Below are positions 7,379-15,625 of a stretch of DNA of 32,000 bases, one piece after another. A program made the translations under genes and the position numbers. The notes below the pieces were generated by a model. The model was not told the origin of the DNA and did no database searches. It saw only the letters and a program-made list of their open reading frames with translations. Within the stretch, counting starts at the first letter, position 1; each line of letters starts with the position of its first letter. Location of the stretch: positions 480,001 to 512,000 of the forward strand of contig NZ_CP006867.1 in the NCBI RefSeq assembly GCF_001481685.1. Reading direction: 5' to 3'. This stretch comes from Ignicoccus islandicus DSM 13165 (lineage in GTDB: Archaea > Thermoproteota > Thermoprotei_A > Sulfolobales > Ignicoccaceae).

Positions 7379-8309
7379 TTTGTTCTCGGGGGCCGGTGGA
7401 TTCGCTCTCGGTTTCGAAAGGAGCGGTTTCGAGAGCGTTATTGGGGTTGATAACGATAGGGCAGCTATAAGGAGCTATGCAGCTAATCACAAGAAGGCCC
7501 TTGCATTAAATGAAGACATTTCCAAGCTATCGTCCAGAGTTCTAGAAAGACTTGGAGGCACACCGGACGTGATAATTGGTTCCCCACCGTGCGAACCCTA
7601 TACTGCAGCTAACCCGAAAAGGGAAATCAATCCCTTAGATAGGCTCTATAAGGATCCAATAGGTAGATTGGTTCTTCATTTTATAAGAATCGTGGGGGAC
7701 TTGAAACCAAAGGTTTTCGTCATGGAAAACGTGAAAGGTCTCATCGAAGGAGAACTCAAGAGGGCAATAGCTAACGAGTTCAAGAGGGTTGGTTACGAGA
7801 AGGTGTATTTCAATGTACTTAGAGCAGAGGATTACTGCGTGCCATCTCATAGGGTTCGGGTTTTCGTCTCAAACGTTCCAATAAAACCTAAGCCAATATG
7901 CAAGAGGCCCGTAACTGTAGAAGAGGCCTTGAAAGATCTCCCTCAGCCGAATAGGGAGTGGCCACCGAATCACGAGCCCCCTTCACTTTCCACTAAACAG
8001 TTAAAGAGGATAGCAAAAATTAAGTGGGGAGGGGCTCTGATACACTATAGAGGGAGTGGCGGAAGGTTGTACCCTAACATGGTTAGACTTCACCCCAAGA
8101 AACTGGCGCCCACAGTATTGGGAAGTAGCAGGTTCATACACCCATATGAGAATAGGATCCTAACTGTTAGAGAGCAAGCTAGATTAATGAGCTATCCAGA
8201 CAATTTCATCTTCCTAGGGGGAAGGGACTCGCAATACAACCAAGTGGGCGAGTCCGTACCCCCATTACTGGCAGAGGTGATAGCCAATGTCGTCCGAGAA
8301 CACTTGTAA
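7353..8309 (+). CDS. C5-cytosine methyltransferase (Dcm/Dnmt superfamily), diverged and apparently orphan
   Basis: Motif I is LFSGAGG, motif IV is GSPPCEPYT, motif VI is ENVKGL and motif VIII is RVRVFV. Motif IX is REQARLMSYPDNFIF and motif X-like is QVGESVPPLLAEVIA. The gene overlaps the tfe 3' end by 26 nt. Confidence 0.85.
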   Translation: MKMKKSLFDLFSGAGGFALGFERSGFESVIGVDNDRAAIRSYAANHKKALALNEDISKLSSRVLERLGGTPDVIIGSPPCEPYTAANPKREINPLDRLYKDPIGRLVLHFIRIVGDLKPKVFVMENVKGLIEGELKRAIANEFKRVGYEKVYFNVLRAEDYCVPSHRVRVFVSNVPIKPKPICKRPVTVEEALKDLPQPNREWPPNHEPPSLSTKQLKRIAKIKWGGALIHYRGSGGRLYPNMVRLHPKKLAPTVLGSSRFIHPYENRILTVREQARLMSYPDNFIFLGGRDSQYNQVGESVPPLLAEVIANVVREHL

Positions 8310-8940
8310 CGCTCAAGCTTGGTTAAAGGCACTTAGCGAAAAAGGTTGGAAGTGCTCACCTAAAGACGAGAACGAGGCTTACGAGGTACAGAGAAACGTA
8401 ATAGAGGTGGCGAAGAGCGTATGGGGCGAAGTAATAGGTATGAAGATAGGGCTTACTAGCGAAGAGAGTAGAGCTAAGTTTGGAGGAGGCCCAATTTTCG
8501 GACCAATATTTGAGAAAGGTGTCTTAGGAAACGGCAGCTCCATTAACCTATCCAAGCTAAGCGACCCAATATTGGAGCCGGAAATATTTTACTGCAATGG
8601 GTCTTACTTCATATCCTTCGAAGTCCCTGACAACAGGTATGGGAAGAAGTGGGACGAATTGAATTACCTAGAAATAATAGCTGATATCGCTGGGTCGTAT
8701 CGAGTTGTGGTAGGTGATGAACTTCAGTCCTTCGAAGGGGAAGTCGTACTAGAGGGTCCGAATTTGCTTCTAAAAGGAAAGATAAATTCAGATAAGCTTA
8801 GAAGGAACGAAGAGCTTCTGAAATCTAAAGCTCCAGATGGGTGCCTACTATTAGGTACTATACTACCAATAGTAAAGGTAAGCGAGGGCCACTATTCTCT
8901 CGAGTGTTGTGGAAGTAAAGTAGAAATAGATTTCATATAA
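8287..8940 (+). CDS. 2-keto-4-pentenoate hydratase / FAH-fold hydratase-decarboxylase family protein (short form)
   Basis: AYEVQ, GMKIGLTSEESRAKFG, LEPEIFY, SFEVPDNRY and IADIAGSYRVVVG parallel MhpD/HpcG-type motifs. At 217 aa it is shorter than the roughly 260 aa I recall for the family. Confidence 0.55.
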   Translation: MSSENTCNAQAWLKALSEKGWKCSPKDENEAYEVQRNVIEVAKSVWGEVIGMKIGLTSEESRAKFGGGPIFGPIFEKGVLGNGSSINLSKLSDPILEPEIFYCNGSYFISFEVPDNRYGKKWDELNYLEIIADIAGSYRVVVGDELQSFEGEVVLEGPNLLLKGKINSDKLRRNEELLKSKAPDGCLLLGTILPIVKVSEGHYSLECCGSKVEIDFI

Positions 8941-9063
8941 TTGCGGTCACCTCGTTGCGGGTTCTTCACGAATTCAGCTTTGCTACCTTCGTTCATTCCG
9001 CGACTTAAACGCTTCGAAGCGATATTAATAGCCTTTCTAGTTGAGCCCTTTAGGGAAGTTTCG

Positions 9064-9888
9064 TTGGCTAGAAGGTCGAAGAGCAGGGGTAAAAAAGAGA
9101 ACTTACTAATAATAGCGTCATCGTTATTCATCTTAATGTTCATCGGTGAAACCATTATCATGTTAGCACCTAGAGGAAGCGGTAGTAACGTCATATCGCG
9201 TGAGGAGCTGTTAAAGTACAGATACATTCCATCTCCATCTAACTTCACAGTGATGTTCTTCGGAGCATCAATAAAGGAATGTCCCTTATGTCCTGAAACG
9301 TTAAGCAACGTTACTCAAGCAATAAACTCCCTCAAGCGAAGCGAACTATTCTCTAATACCTCAATAGTTATGAAAGTATTCCAATGCAACGGATTCCCTA
9401 GCTGTCAAGATAAGGAAAGCCTAGTAAACTTCAAGCTCTACAGGGTCTCGCAAGTTCCACTCGTTATAATCTCATATAGAGGATTCCTCGTGCCAATAGA
9501 CGTGGTAGGCATGTCCCCGCAAGAGATAGCTACCCTATTAGCCGCATGGTACCAAATACTCAAAGTGGCTTGGAAACCTCCGGCCAGAGGTCTAGTAGTC
9601 GCGTATTTCTATGATGGTAACCACACTAGTCCCTATTGGGACATAATAAAGAAGGAATTGGTCTCTAGGAACGTAACAGTGGTTGAATTCGGGTGTAAAA
9701 GCTATCCTTCCAATTGTACAAATAATATTGAAGCATACGCAACGATGCTGGCCTTGGGAATTTCTCCGAATAACCTACCTCTAATGTTGGTCTTCAAGGA
9801 TTCGGCTATAGCATTGGAACTCCAACTTAAGGGTCCAGTCAATATAAATGAGATCGTTGAGAAGATTGAGACTCTAAAGGAAAGTTAA
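9064..9888 (+). CDS. Membrane-anchored extracytoplasmic thioredoxin-fold protein with a CPLC motif
   Basis: The track ORF starts at 8941, but an in-frame TTG at 9064 gives MARRSKSRGKKENLLIIASSLFILMFIGETIIM, a basic N-terminus followed by a TM helix. The protein contains SIKECPLCPET (CxxC) and several N-x-S/T sequons: NFT, NVT, NTS, NHT, NVT, NCT. Confidence 0.5.
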   Translation: MARRSKSRGKKENLLIIASSLFILMFIGETIIMLAPRGSGSNVISREELLKYRYIPSPSNFTVMFFGASIKECPLCPETLSNVTQAINSLKRSELFSNTSIVMKVFQCNGFPSCQDKESLVNFKLYRVSQVPLVIISYRGFLVPIDVVGMSPQEIATLLAAWYQILKVAWKPPARGLVVAYFYDGNHTSPYWDIIKKELVSRNVTVVEFGCKSYPSNCTNNIEAYATMLALGISPNNLPLMLVFKDSAIALELQLKGPVNINEIVEKIETLKES

Positions 9889-10865
9889 GTAACTTCGATC
9901 TTTTCGAGTGACTTGCCCCTAAGGGCGACCAGATCGCCTTTATCATTGAACAATATCTCATCATCAAGAATTAAGGGATAGTTGTCACACAGCGCGTACT
10001 TTGGGACTATCTCTTGCGCTTCTAGCTTAAATACGGCCACGCACCAAAGCTCGGTTTTATTCGATACTCTGTATCCAGATACTAATATCTCGTAACCTCT
10101 ACTATCTATCAGTGTCACGTCCCTTAGAGGTTGAGAAGGCGTCTTAGGGTAGCCGTTGCTATCTATTGCAAGCATCCTGTTAACTTCGTTGTTGCCGCTT
10201 CCGCTCCTGAGTAATTCATATACCACGTGATCCTTTGCTAGGAGAGCATTGCCTACTATTCGGAAGGCGTTCCTTATTCGCATCTTTAGTCCATTACAGT
10301 CTATATAGTAACATTCGCTTTCGAAGCACTTGTAAGCTGTACCGGAAGGAGTAACTCCTTCAACCCTAATTGGAGTTCTCGCTATTACCTTTACGTTTCC
10401 TCGTTCATCTATCTCTAAGAGTTGGGTTCCCTTCGGAGTTACAACGAAAATCCTTAGCTTGGTTATTCCTCCACATCTGTTCGAGCGAACTGGTAAGACG
10501 TTTCCTAAATCGTTAACTATCGTTTTACCAGTAACTAAGTCTATTACATTTCTCGAATTCATGTCGTAAAAGGGAAGTACCTCGCCTGTCCACTTGACGT
10601 CGAAAAGCGTTCTACCGTATATCTTGTTTCCATTTACTTCAGCCACATCGTATCCTATGGATCGCTTTACAACTACTTTAGCGCCCTCACTATCTAGCTT
10701 AGCAATTAGGTATGGATAACTGTCGATTATGGATCGTCGAACGGTAATTTCCTCTCCTGATTCACTAATTAGAATGCTTTTTCCATTGCGGTAGAATAAG
10801 GCGTATATTTTCCCGTGCTCTCGGACAAGCAGAGCAGATGATTCATCGGCCTTTAACGTGATCAC
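9885..10865 (-). CDS. Hypothetical beta-rich cytoplasmic protein
   Basis: The longest ORF (to 10922) runs into tRNA-Leu. An in-frame GTG at 10865 starts 30 nt from the tRNA. I recognise no family motif, signal peptide or TM segment. Confidence 0.5.
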   Translation of the reverse strand: MITLKADESSALLVREHGKIYALFYRNGKSILISESGEEITVRRSIIDSYPYLIAKLDSEGAKVVVKRSIGYDVAEVNGNKIYGRTLFDVKWTGEVLPFYDMNSRNVIDLVTGKTIVNDLGNVLPVRSNRCGGITKLRIFVVTPKGTQLLEIDERGNVKVIARTPIRVEGVTPSGTAYKCFESECYYIDCNGLKMRIRNAFRIVGNALLAKDHVVYELLRSGSGNNEVNRMLAIDSNGYPKTPSQPLRDVTLIDSRGYEILVSGYRVSNKTELWCVAVFKLEAQEIVPKYALCDNYPLILDDEILFNDKGDLVALRGKSLEKIEVT

Positions 10866-10894
10866 GCCCCTTCTCAGCCTCCCGCGCAGGTACT

Positions 10895-10982
10895 TGGTGC
10901 GGGGGGTGGGATTTGAACCCACGCAGGCCTACGCCATCGGGTCCTAAGCCCGACCCCTTTGGCCAGGCTCGGGCACCCCCGC
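10895..10982 (-). tRNA. tRNA-Leu (anticodon UAG), long variable arm, CCA encoded
   Basis: The minus strand reads GCGGGGGTGCCCGAGCCTGGCCAAAGGGGTCGGGCTTAGGACCCGATGGCGTAGGCCTGCGTGGGTTCAAATCCCACCCCCCGCACCA. The acceptor stem GCGGGGG/CCCCCGC has 7 bp. The anticodon loop is CTTAGGA and the T-loop is TTCAAAT. Confidence 0.92.
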
Positions 10983-11081
10983 ACCCATCAGCATTCCAAA
11001 AATTCCGTTTTTAAGTGTTTGCCGAGAACGAAGAGGTTACTCAAACTTAATTTAATTTCAAACGGTCTCAAGTCTACTGAG

Positions 11082-12101
11082 GTGGATTCGTTGAGTGTTA
11101 CCTTAGCAATAGGTTCTGGAGGAAAGGATACGGAAGACTTCGTAAAGAGATTCATTCTACCGCTCTTTAAGCTAAGAAGCTTGGGGGGAGTAGGCCTAGA
11201 GGACATGGAAGACGGTGCTACCATTCCAATTGGCGATGGAAAACATTTAGTAATCAGTATCGATAGCTACACTGTTAATCCGCCTTTCTTCCCTGGGGGT
11301 AACATAGGCAAGCTGGCTGCCTCCGGGTCCTTAAACGACGTCGCTGTCATGGGAGCGGAGCCGAAGGCTCTCATGGACGCAATTATAGTTGAAGAGGGTT
11401 TCCCTTTGAGGGATTTAAAGACCATATTAAATTCGATGGCTGAAGTAGCGAATTCCATGGACGTCGCGTTATTAGGCGGTGACACGAAGGTTATGCCTAA
11501 GGGAAGCATTGACAAGATAGTCATTGCTACCGTTGGAATAGGTATCGCTGAAGAACCCTTGCTAACTCTCGACCGGGCCCGTCCAGGGGACAAGATCATA
11601 GTAACCGGACCCGTTGGAGATCACGGAGCCACTATCCTGGCGCTCCAGTTCAACCTTAAAGTTGAGACGCTCAAAAGCGACGTCAGACCGATTTGGAGTG
11701 CAGTAAGGGCATTAAGGAAGTTCGGAGACAACTTGAGAAGCGCTAAGGACCCCACGAGAGGAGGTCTAGCGATGGCTTTAAACGAAATAGCCGAGAGATC
11801 GGGCAATAGCATAGTGGTCTACGAAGACGCAATACCAATGAAGAACGAAGTGAGGACCTATGCTGAAATGCTTGGGGTTGAACCTCTCGCTCTGGCTTCG
11901 GAAGGACAAGCAATTTTCGTAGTAGATCCATCTATAGAAGAAGAGGCGTTAGAGGCCTTAAGGAAGGAAGGCTACGAGGAAGCCAGGACTATAGGCGAGG
12001 TAAAGGGAGGCAAGAGCGGCTACGTTGTTCTAAAGACCCGGGTAGGAGGTCTAAGGATATTAGAAAAGCCCATAGGCGAACTAGTTCCTAGGATATGTTA
12101 A
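11082..12101 (+). CDS. hypE: [NiFe]-hydrogenase maturation protein HypE (carbamoyl dehydratase)
   Basis: TLAIGSGGKDT, PurM/AIR-synthase-like repeats and the diagnostic C-terminal PRIC are present. The track ORF start at 10959 overlaps the tRNA. In-frame GTG 11082 or TTG 11091 are plausible starts. Confidence 0.85.
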   Translation: MDSLSVTLAIGSGGKDTEDFVKRFILPLFKLRSLGGVGLEDMEDGATIPIGDGKHLVISIDSYTVNPPFFPGGNIGKLAASGSLNDVAVMGAEPKALMDAIIVEEGFPLRDLKTILNSMAEVANSMDVALLGGDTKVMPKGSIDKIVIATVGIGIAEEPLLTLDRARPGDKIIVTGPVGDHGATILALQFNLKVETLKSDVRPIWSAVRALRKFGDNLRSAKDPTRGGLAMALNEIAERSGNSIVVYEDAIPMKNEVRTYAEMLGVEPLALASEGQAIFVVDPSIEEEALEALRKEGYEEARTIGEVKGGKSGYVVLKTRVGGLRILEKPIGELVPRIC

Positions 12102-13168
12102 TTTCCCTCTTACTGATGATATATGAGACATGGTTAGTCGGATTGTACGCGGAACAATCTTACAGGAGAAAGGTTGAGTTACTGAAAAGGAATGGATGTG
12201 TAATAATAGCTAGTCCATCTAATGTGAGGTGGTTAGTGGGCACGGAAGGAGGCATCGTTCTAATAGATGAAACGAAGGAAGTCATGGTCGCCCCGAAATT
12301 AGAACTAGATAGGATAAGGAAATCCGTCGAGTGGATAGAGGTAATAGAAGGCCCAAGAGGTTCTCTCTGGAAGAAAGTAAGAGATCTATGCAGTGGTCCA
12401 TACTATGCGGACTTAGCCTATTTGAACTACTCTCAAGCCAATTCACTAGTAAGTGAATTTAAGGCGAAGGACGTCTCGAAAGAGATAGCGAGGCTAAGAA
12501 GGTCTAAGGACGAATACGAGCTTAAGACAATTAAGTCAGCCTTGAAAATAGCCGAAGATGCCTTCAAAATAACTTGGGAAGAGTTGAGAGAAGGCATTAC
12601 GGAGCTTCAAGCCGCCGGCATACTTGAGATGCGCATGAGGGAATTAGGTGCTCAAGAATACGCGTTCAATACCATCTCAGCCTTCGGCGAGAACTCGGCG
12701 GAGCCTCATCACATACCAAGCGCTAGGAAGTGGGGCTTAAACGAGATCGCGCTCTTCGATTTCGGTGCCGTAGTGAATGGATTCCGAAGCGATATCACGA
12801 GAACGTTCGCACCAGATAGAAGATCTGAATGGATGATAGCTGTACTTGAGGCAGTCAACGAATCGATGAAGGCTGTGAGGGAAGGCGTTCGAGCCTCTGA
12901 TATAGACGCAATAGCTAGAAACGTCTTGAAAGAGTACGGTTACGAGAAAGCGTTTATCCATGGTCTCGGACACGGTGTTGGGGCTGATATTCACGAACCA
13001 CCTTATCTCTCGCCCTCATCTAACGACGTGCTAGTTGAAGGAGATGTAGTTACAATAGAGCCCGGCATTTACTTCCAAGGGGAAGGTGGAATTAGAGTAG
13101 AGCAAATGGTAGTAGTAAAGAGGAACGGCTGGGAAGTTTTAAACGAGCTTCCCGCATTATGGTATTGA
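12095..13168 (+). CDS. pepQ: Xaa-Pro aminopeptidase/dipeptidase (peptidase M24B)
   Basis: HHIPS, FDFGAVVNGFRSDITRTF, HGLGHGVGADIHEPP, TIEPGIY and GGIRVEQ are the M24 metal-ligand motifs. The start overlaps the hypE stop (ATGTTAA). Alternative starts are 12116 and 12143. Confidence 0.85.
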   Translation: MLISLLLMIYETWLVGLYAEQSYRRKVELLKRNGCVIIASPSNVRWLVGTEGGIVLIDETKEVMVAPKLELDRIRKSVEWIEVIEGPRGSLWKKVRDLCSGPYYADLAYLNYSQANSLVSEFKAKDVSKEIARLRRSKDEYELKTIKSALKIAEDAFKITWEELREGITELQAAGILEMRMRELGAQEYAFNTISAFGENSAEPHHIPSARKWGLNEIALFDFGAVVNGFRSDITRTFAPDRRSEWMIAVLEAVNESMKAVREGVRASDIDAIARNVLKEYGYEKAFIHGLGHGVGADIHEPPYLSPSSNDVLVEGDVVTIEPGIYFQGEGGIRVEQMVVVKRNGWEVLNELPALWY

Positions 13169-13174
13169 AAAACA

Positions 13175-13594
13175 TCACTTAACTATTAGCACGGGTCTAT
13201 CGCTTAACCGAATAACCTTCTCAGAAGTGCTTCCAATTAACAACTTCTTTATACCACTATAACCGTGCGCACCTAGAATTATTACGTAGACGTCAAATTT
13301 CTTGGCATTTTCAACTATCTTCTCCGCAGGAGTACCGGCATCGATTACGCCTTCAGCTTCTATCCCACTTTCTTTCAACACGTTCACTGCCTCATTGATA
13401 ACTTCCTTGGCTTTCTCCTCCAGCTCCTCAGCTATTTTACCGTGATATTCGCCGAAAAGTTCTGTTGCAACGTCGACGTTTATTACGTAAAGGACGTAGA
13501 CTTTCGCGTTCAACTTCTTCGCGAAGTCTTTAGTGAAGTTCAGGGCGTCCTTTGAAGGCTTTGAACCATCGTAAGCCAGTAGAACCTTCTCCAA
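13175..13594 (-). CDS. Universal stress protein (UspA family)
   Basis: VLLAYDGS.PS..AL, VIILGAHGYSGIKKLLIGSTSEKVIRLSDRPVLIV. The TTG start is preceded by GGAGGT at 8 nt. Confidence 0.85.
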   Translation of the reverse strand: MEKVLLAYDGSKPSKDALNFTKDFAKKLNAKVYVLYVINVDVATELFGEYHGKIAEELEEKAKEVINEAVNVLKESGIEAEGVIDAGTPAEKIVENAKKFDVYVIILGAHGYSGIKKLLIGSTSEKVIRLSDRPVLIVK

Positions 13595-13667
13595 GATTCC
13601 AAACCTCCATAACGTTTATTGGAAATCTTACAAATATTTCTTTCGGTATACATATACAAATATATAT

Positions 13668-13681
13668 TTACCGTACGGTAA
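13668..13681. promoter_or_regulatory. Perfect 14-bp palindrome TTACCGTACGGTAA in the divergent usp / DUF485-symporter promoter region
   Basis: I read it directly from the sequence. It is flanked by GTATAC hexamers at 13646 and 13704 and by a TTTATATA element at 13693-13700. Confidence 0.4.
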
Positions 13682-13715
13682 CAATATTAACCTTTATATA
13701 CATGTATACGAAGAG

Positions 13716-13943
13716 ATGGGTGCGGAGGTGGAGGTAGTGAGGAACATAGAGTTAACGGTGATTGTACCATACTTGATAATATACTTCGGAATGGCCGTAC
13801 TCTTCGGCGGTCTAAAGGATGTTGCCGGAACACCGATTGCTGGCGGACTGACCGTTGGATTGCTCTACGCTTTGCTAATGTTCCCCATAACCTGGGGAAC
13901 TGTTCTCCTATACACTTACCTAAGAGGTAAGGAGAGGAGGTGA
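13716..13943 (+). CDS. DUF485 (YjcH-like) small membrane protein
   Basis: It is 75 aa with two TM helices. It lies immediately upstream of, and overlaps (GTGA), a sodium:solute symporter gene, as in yjcH-actP. Confidence 0.65.
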   Translation: MGAEVEVVRNIELTVIVPYLIIYFGMAVLFGGLKDVAGTPIAGGLTVGLLYALLMFPITWGTVLLYTYLRGKERR

Positions 13944-15583
13944 TAGGTATGTTCTCGATAGTAGCTCTCATAATGGTTATAGTAGTTGCTGCCGTAACTA
14001 TGGGTATAGCTTGGTGGAGCTATAAAAGAGTGAGGAGCATTCAAGACTTCTACGCTGCTGGTAGATCCGTGCCGTGGATACTAATTGCGTGGGCATTGAC
14101 TTCCAACTACCTCAGCGCCGCTTCCTTCTTGGGAGTGGCTGGAGGTATCAGTAACTTCGGGTTGGATAGAGTATGGGACCCTATAGGGTACTTCGCCGGA
14201 TGGGTGCTCGTATTAGTAATCGCGGCTGAGTACATAAGGAAGATCGGTAAATTCACTGTGGCTGACGTACTGAACGAAAGATACGTAGGCTCTAAGGAGC
14301 TAAGAGCTTTAGCAATGATATCAACTGTAATTATTTCGACGTTCTACATGATACCACAAATGATTGGTGCAGGCTCTCTGATGAGCCTACTCCTCGACTG
14401 GCCCTATCACGTAGCTGTTGTAGTAGTTGGAGCAATAGTAGTACTAGTAGTCATGATGGGCGGTATAAGATCCACTGTATACAGCCAAGTGTTCCAAGCG
14501 CTCGTATTATGGTTCGCAATGCTAGCTATATTCCTAGGTTACCTAGCGTTCTTCGGCGGTCCTAGCGCGATAATCGATAAAGCCTATCAGGTACCACCAC
14601 CGGCAATAGCTAAGAAACTGGTTTCCCAAGAGCTACTTAAGAGCTACGTGCCCTCCCTAGATAACATAAAGTTCACTGAAGCACTAGAGAAGAGTCTGCA
14701 ACTGGCTGGTCAGATAATTGAGAAGAACCCGGATGTAATAAGACTCGTCCAACCTGGTGCGTTCGCTAGAGACATATGGAACCAGTTGAGCTTGGCCTTA
14801 GGTATAATACTAGGAACCATGGGCCTGCCACACATTCTAATCTACTTCTATACGGTACCGAGACCCGAAGATGCAAGGAAGGGAACGGTTGGAGCGATAT
14901 TCAACATAGGTCTGTTCTACCTATTCTCTATATTCGTTGGATTCGCCGCCGGTACAGTGCTCTTCTCATTGATAACCTACTGGCTCGTGACCGGCTACGC
15001 TCCGTGGGCAAAGAACATGCCAGTGGTCGTAAGTGGAAAGATATTGGGTGGTGAATTCCTCATGGGTCTAGCCGCTGCTGGAGCATTCGCTGCGATCCTC
15101 TCAACCGTAGGAGGTCTAATGGTGGCCGCAACAAACAGCGTCGCATATGATCTCTATACAAACATAATAAAGAGAGGAGAGGCTAGTGAAGAGGAACAAC
15201 TCCTCGTGGCCAGGATAGTAGCAATAATAGTTGGTGCAATAGCGATAATAGGTGGACTAGTCCTAAAGGGATTCGACGTATCCTACTTAGTAGTCCTAGC
15301 GTTCGGTATCGCCGCCAGCTCCTTCGCAACTACTCTAATAATGACCTTATGGTGGAAAGACTTCACTAGGCAAGGAGCTCTAGCGTCAATGTTGGTAGGT
15401 CTAATAGTAGCAGTTCTATTCGTATTACTGAGACTAGGGGGTGCCAAGGCCTTAGGTCCAATACCCGTACTAGTGCAACCGGCGCTCTACAGCGTTCCAG
15501 CTTCCTTCATAGCAGGAATAGTAGTAAGCAAGCTAACATCAGAGAAGGGTAAGGAAGGTTTCTTAGAAGAGATACATTCATAA
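13940..15583 (+). CDS. Sodium:solute symporter family transporter (ActP-like cation/acetate or monocarboxylate symporter)
   Basis: It is 547 aa with about 13-14 TM segments and SSF-type N-terminal motifs (FYAAGRSVPW, SAASFLGVAGG). It is paired with a DUF485 gene. Confidence 0.8.
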   Translation: MIGMFSIVALIMVIVVAAVTMGIAWWSYKRVRSIQDFYAAGRSVPWILIAWALTSNYLSAASFLGVAGGISNFGLDRVWDPIGYFAGWVLVLVIAAEYIRKIGKFTVADVLNERYVGSKELRALAMISTVIISTFYMIPQMIGAGSLMSLLLDWPYHVAVVVVGAIVVLVVMMGGIRSTVYSQVFQALVLWFAMLAIFLGYLAFFGGPSAIIDKAYQVPPPAIAKKLVSQELLKSYVPSLDNIKFTEALEKSLQLAGQIIEKNPDVIRLVQPGAFARDIWNQLSLALGIILGTMGLPHILIYFYTVPRPEDARKGTVGAIFNIGLFYLFSIFVGFAAGTVLFSLITYWLVTGYAPWAKNMPVVVSGKILGGEFLMGLAAAGAFAAILSTVGGLMVAATNSVAYDLYTNIIKRGEASEEEQLLVARIVAIIVGAIAIIGGLVLKGFDVSYLVVLAFGIAASSFATTLIMTLWWKDFTRQGALASMLVGLIVAVLFVLLRLGGAKALGPIPVLVQPALYSVPASFIAGIVVSKLTSEKGKEGFLEEIHS

Positions 15584-15593
15584 CACTCATAAA

Positions 15594-15599
15594 TTTTTT
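15594..15599 (+). terminator. T6 tract, a candidate oligo-T terminator after the symporter gene
   Basis: AAATTTTTTATTG lies 11 nt after the stop. Confidence 0.3.
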
Positions 15600-15625
15600 A
15601 TTGACCGGTTAGTTAGGGCCTGATT

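Noticed and set aside
7353-8940. Possible restriction-modification pair (MTase plus downstream gene)
   Set aside because: The downstream 217-aa protein carries MhpD/FAH-type hydratase motifs (AYEVQ, GMKIGLTS, EPEI). It has no PD-(D/E)xK or HNH-like nuclease signature, so I could not support an R-M system.
8892-9308. 138-aa minus-strand ORF opposite the start of the thioredoxin-fold gene
   Set aside because: It overlaps a plus-strand frame that has a clear TM anchor and a CxxC domain. It has no motif or sensible start context and also overlaps the end of the hydratase-like gene.
9885-11000. Integrated mobile element at tRNA-Leu
   Set aside because: There is no integrase, transposase or viral/plasmid-like gene on either side. 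By eye I found no second copy of a tRNA-Leu fragment that could serve as attL/attR. A computational repeat search would be needed to exclude it fully.
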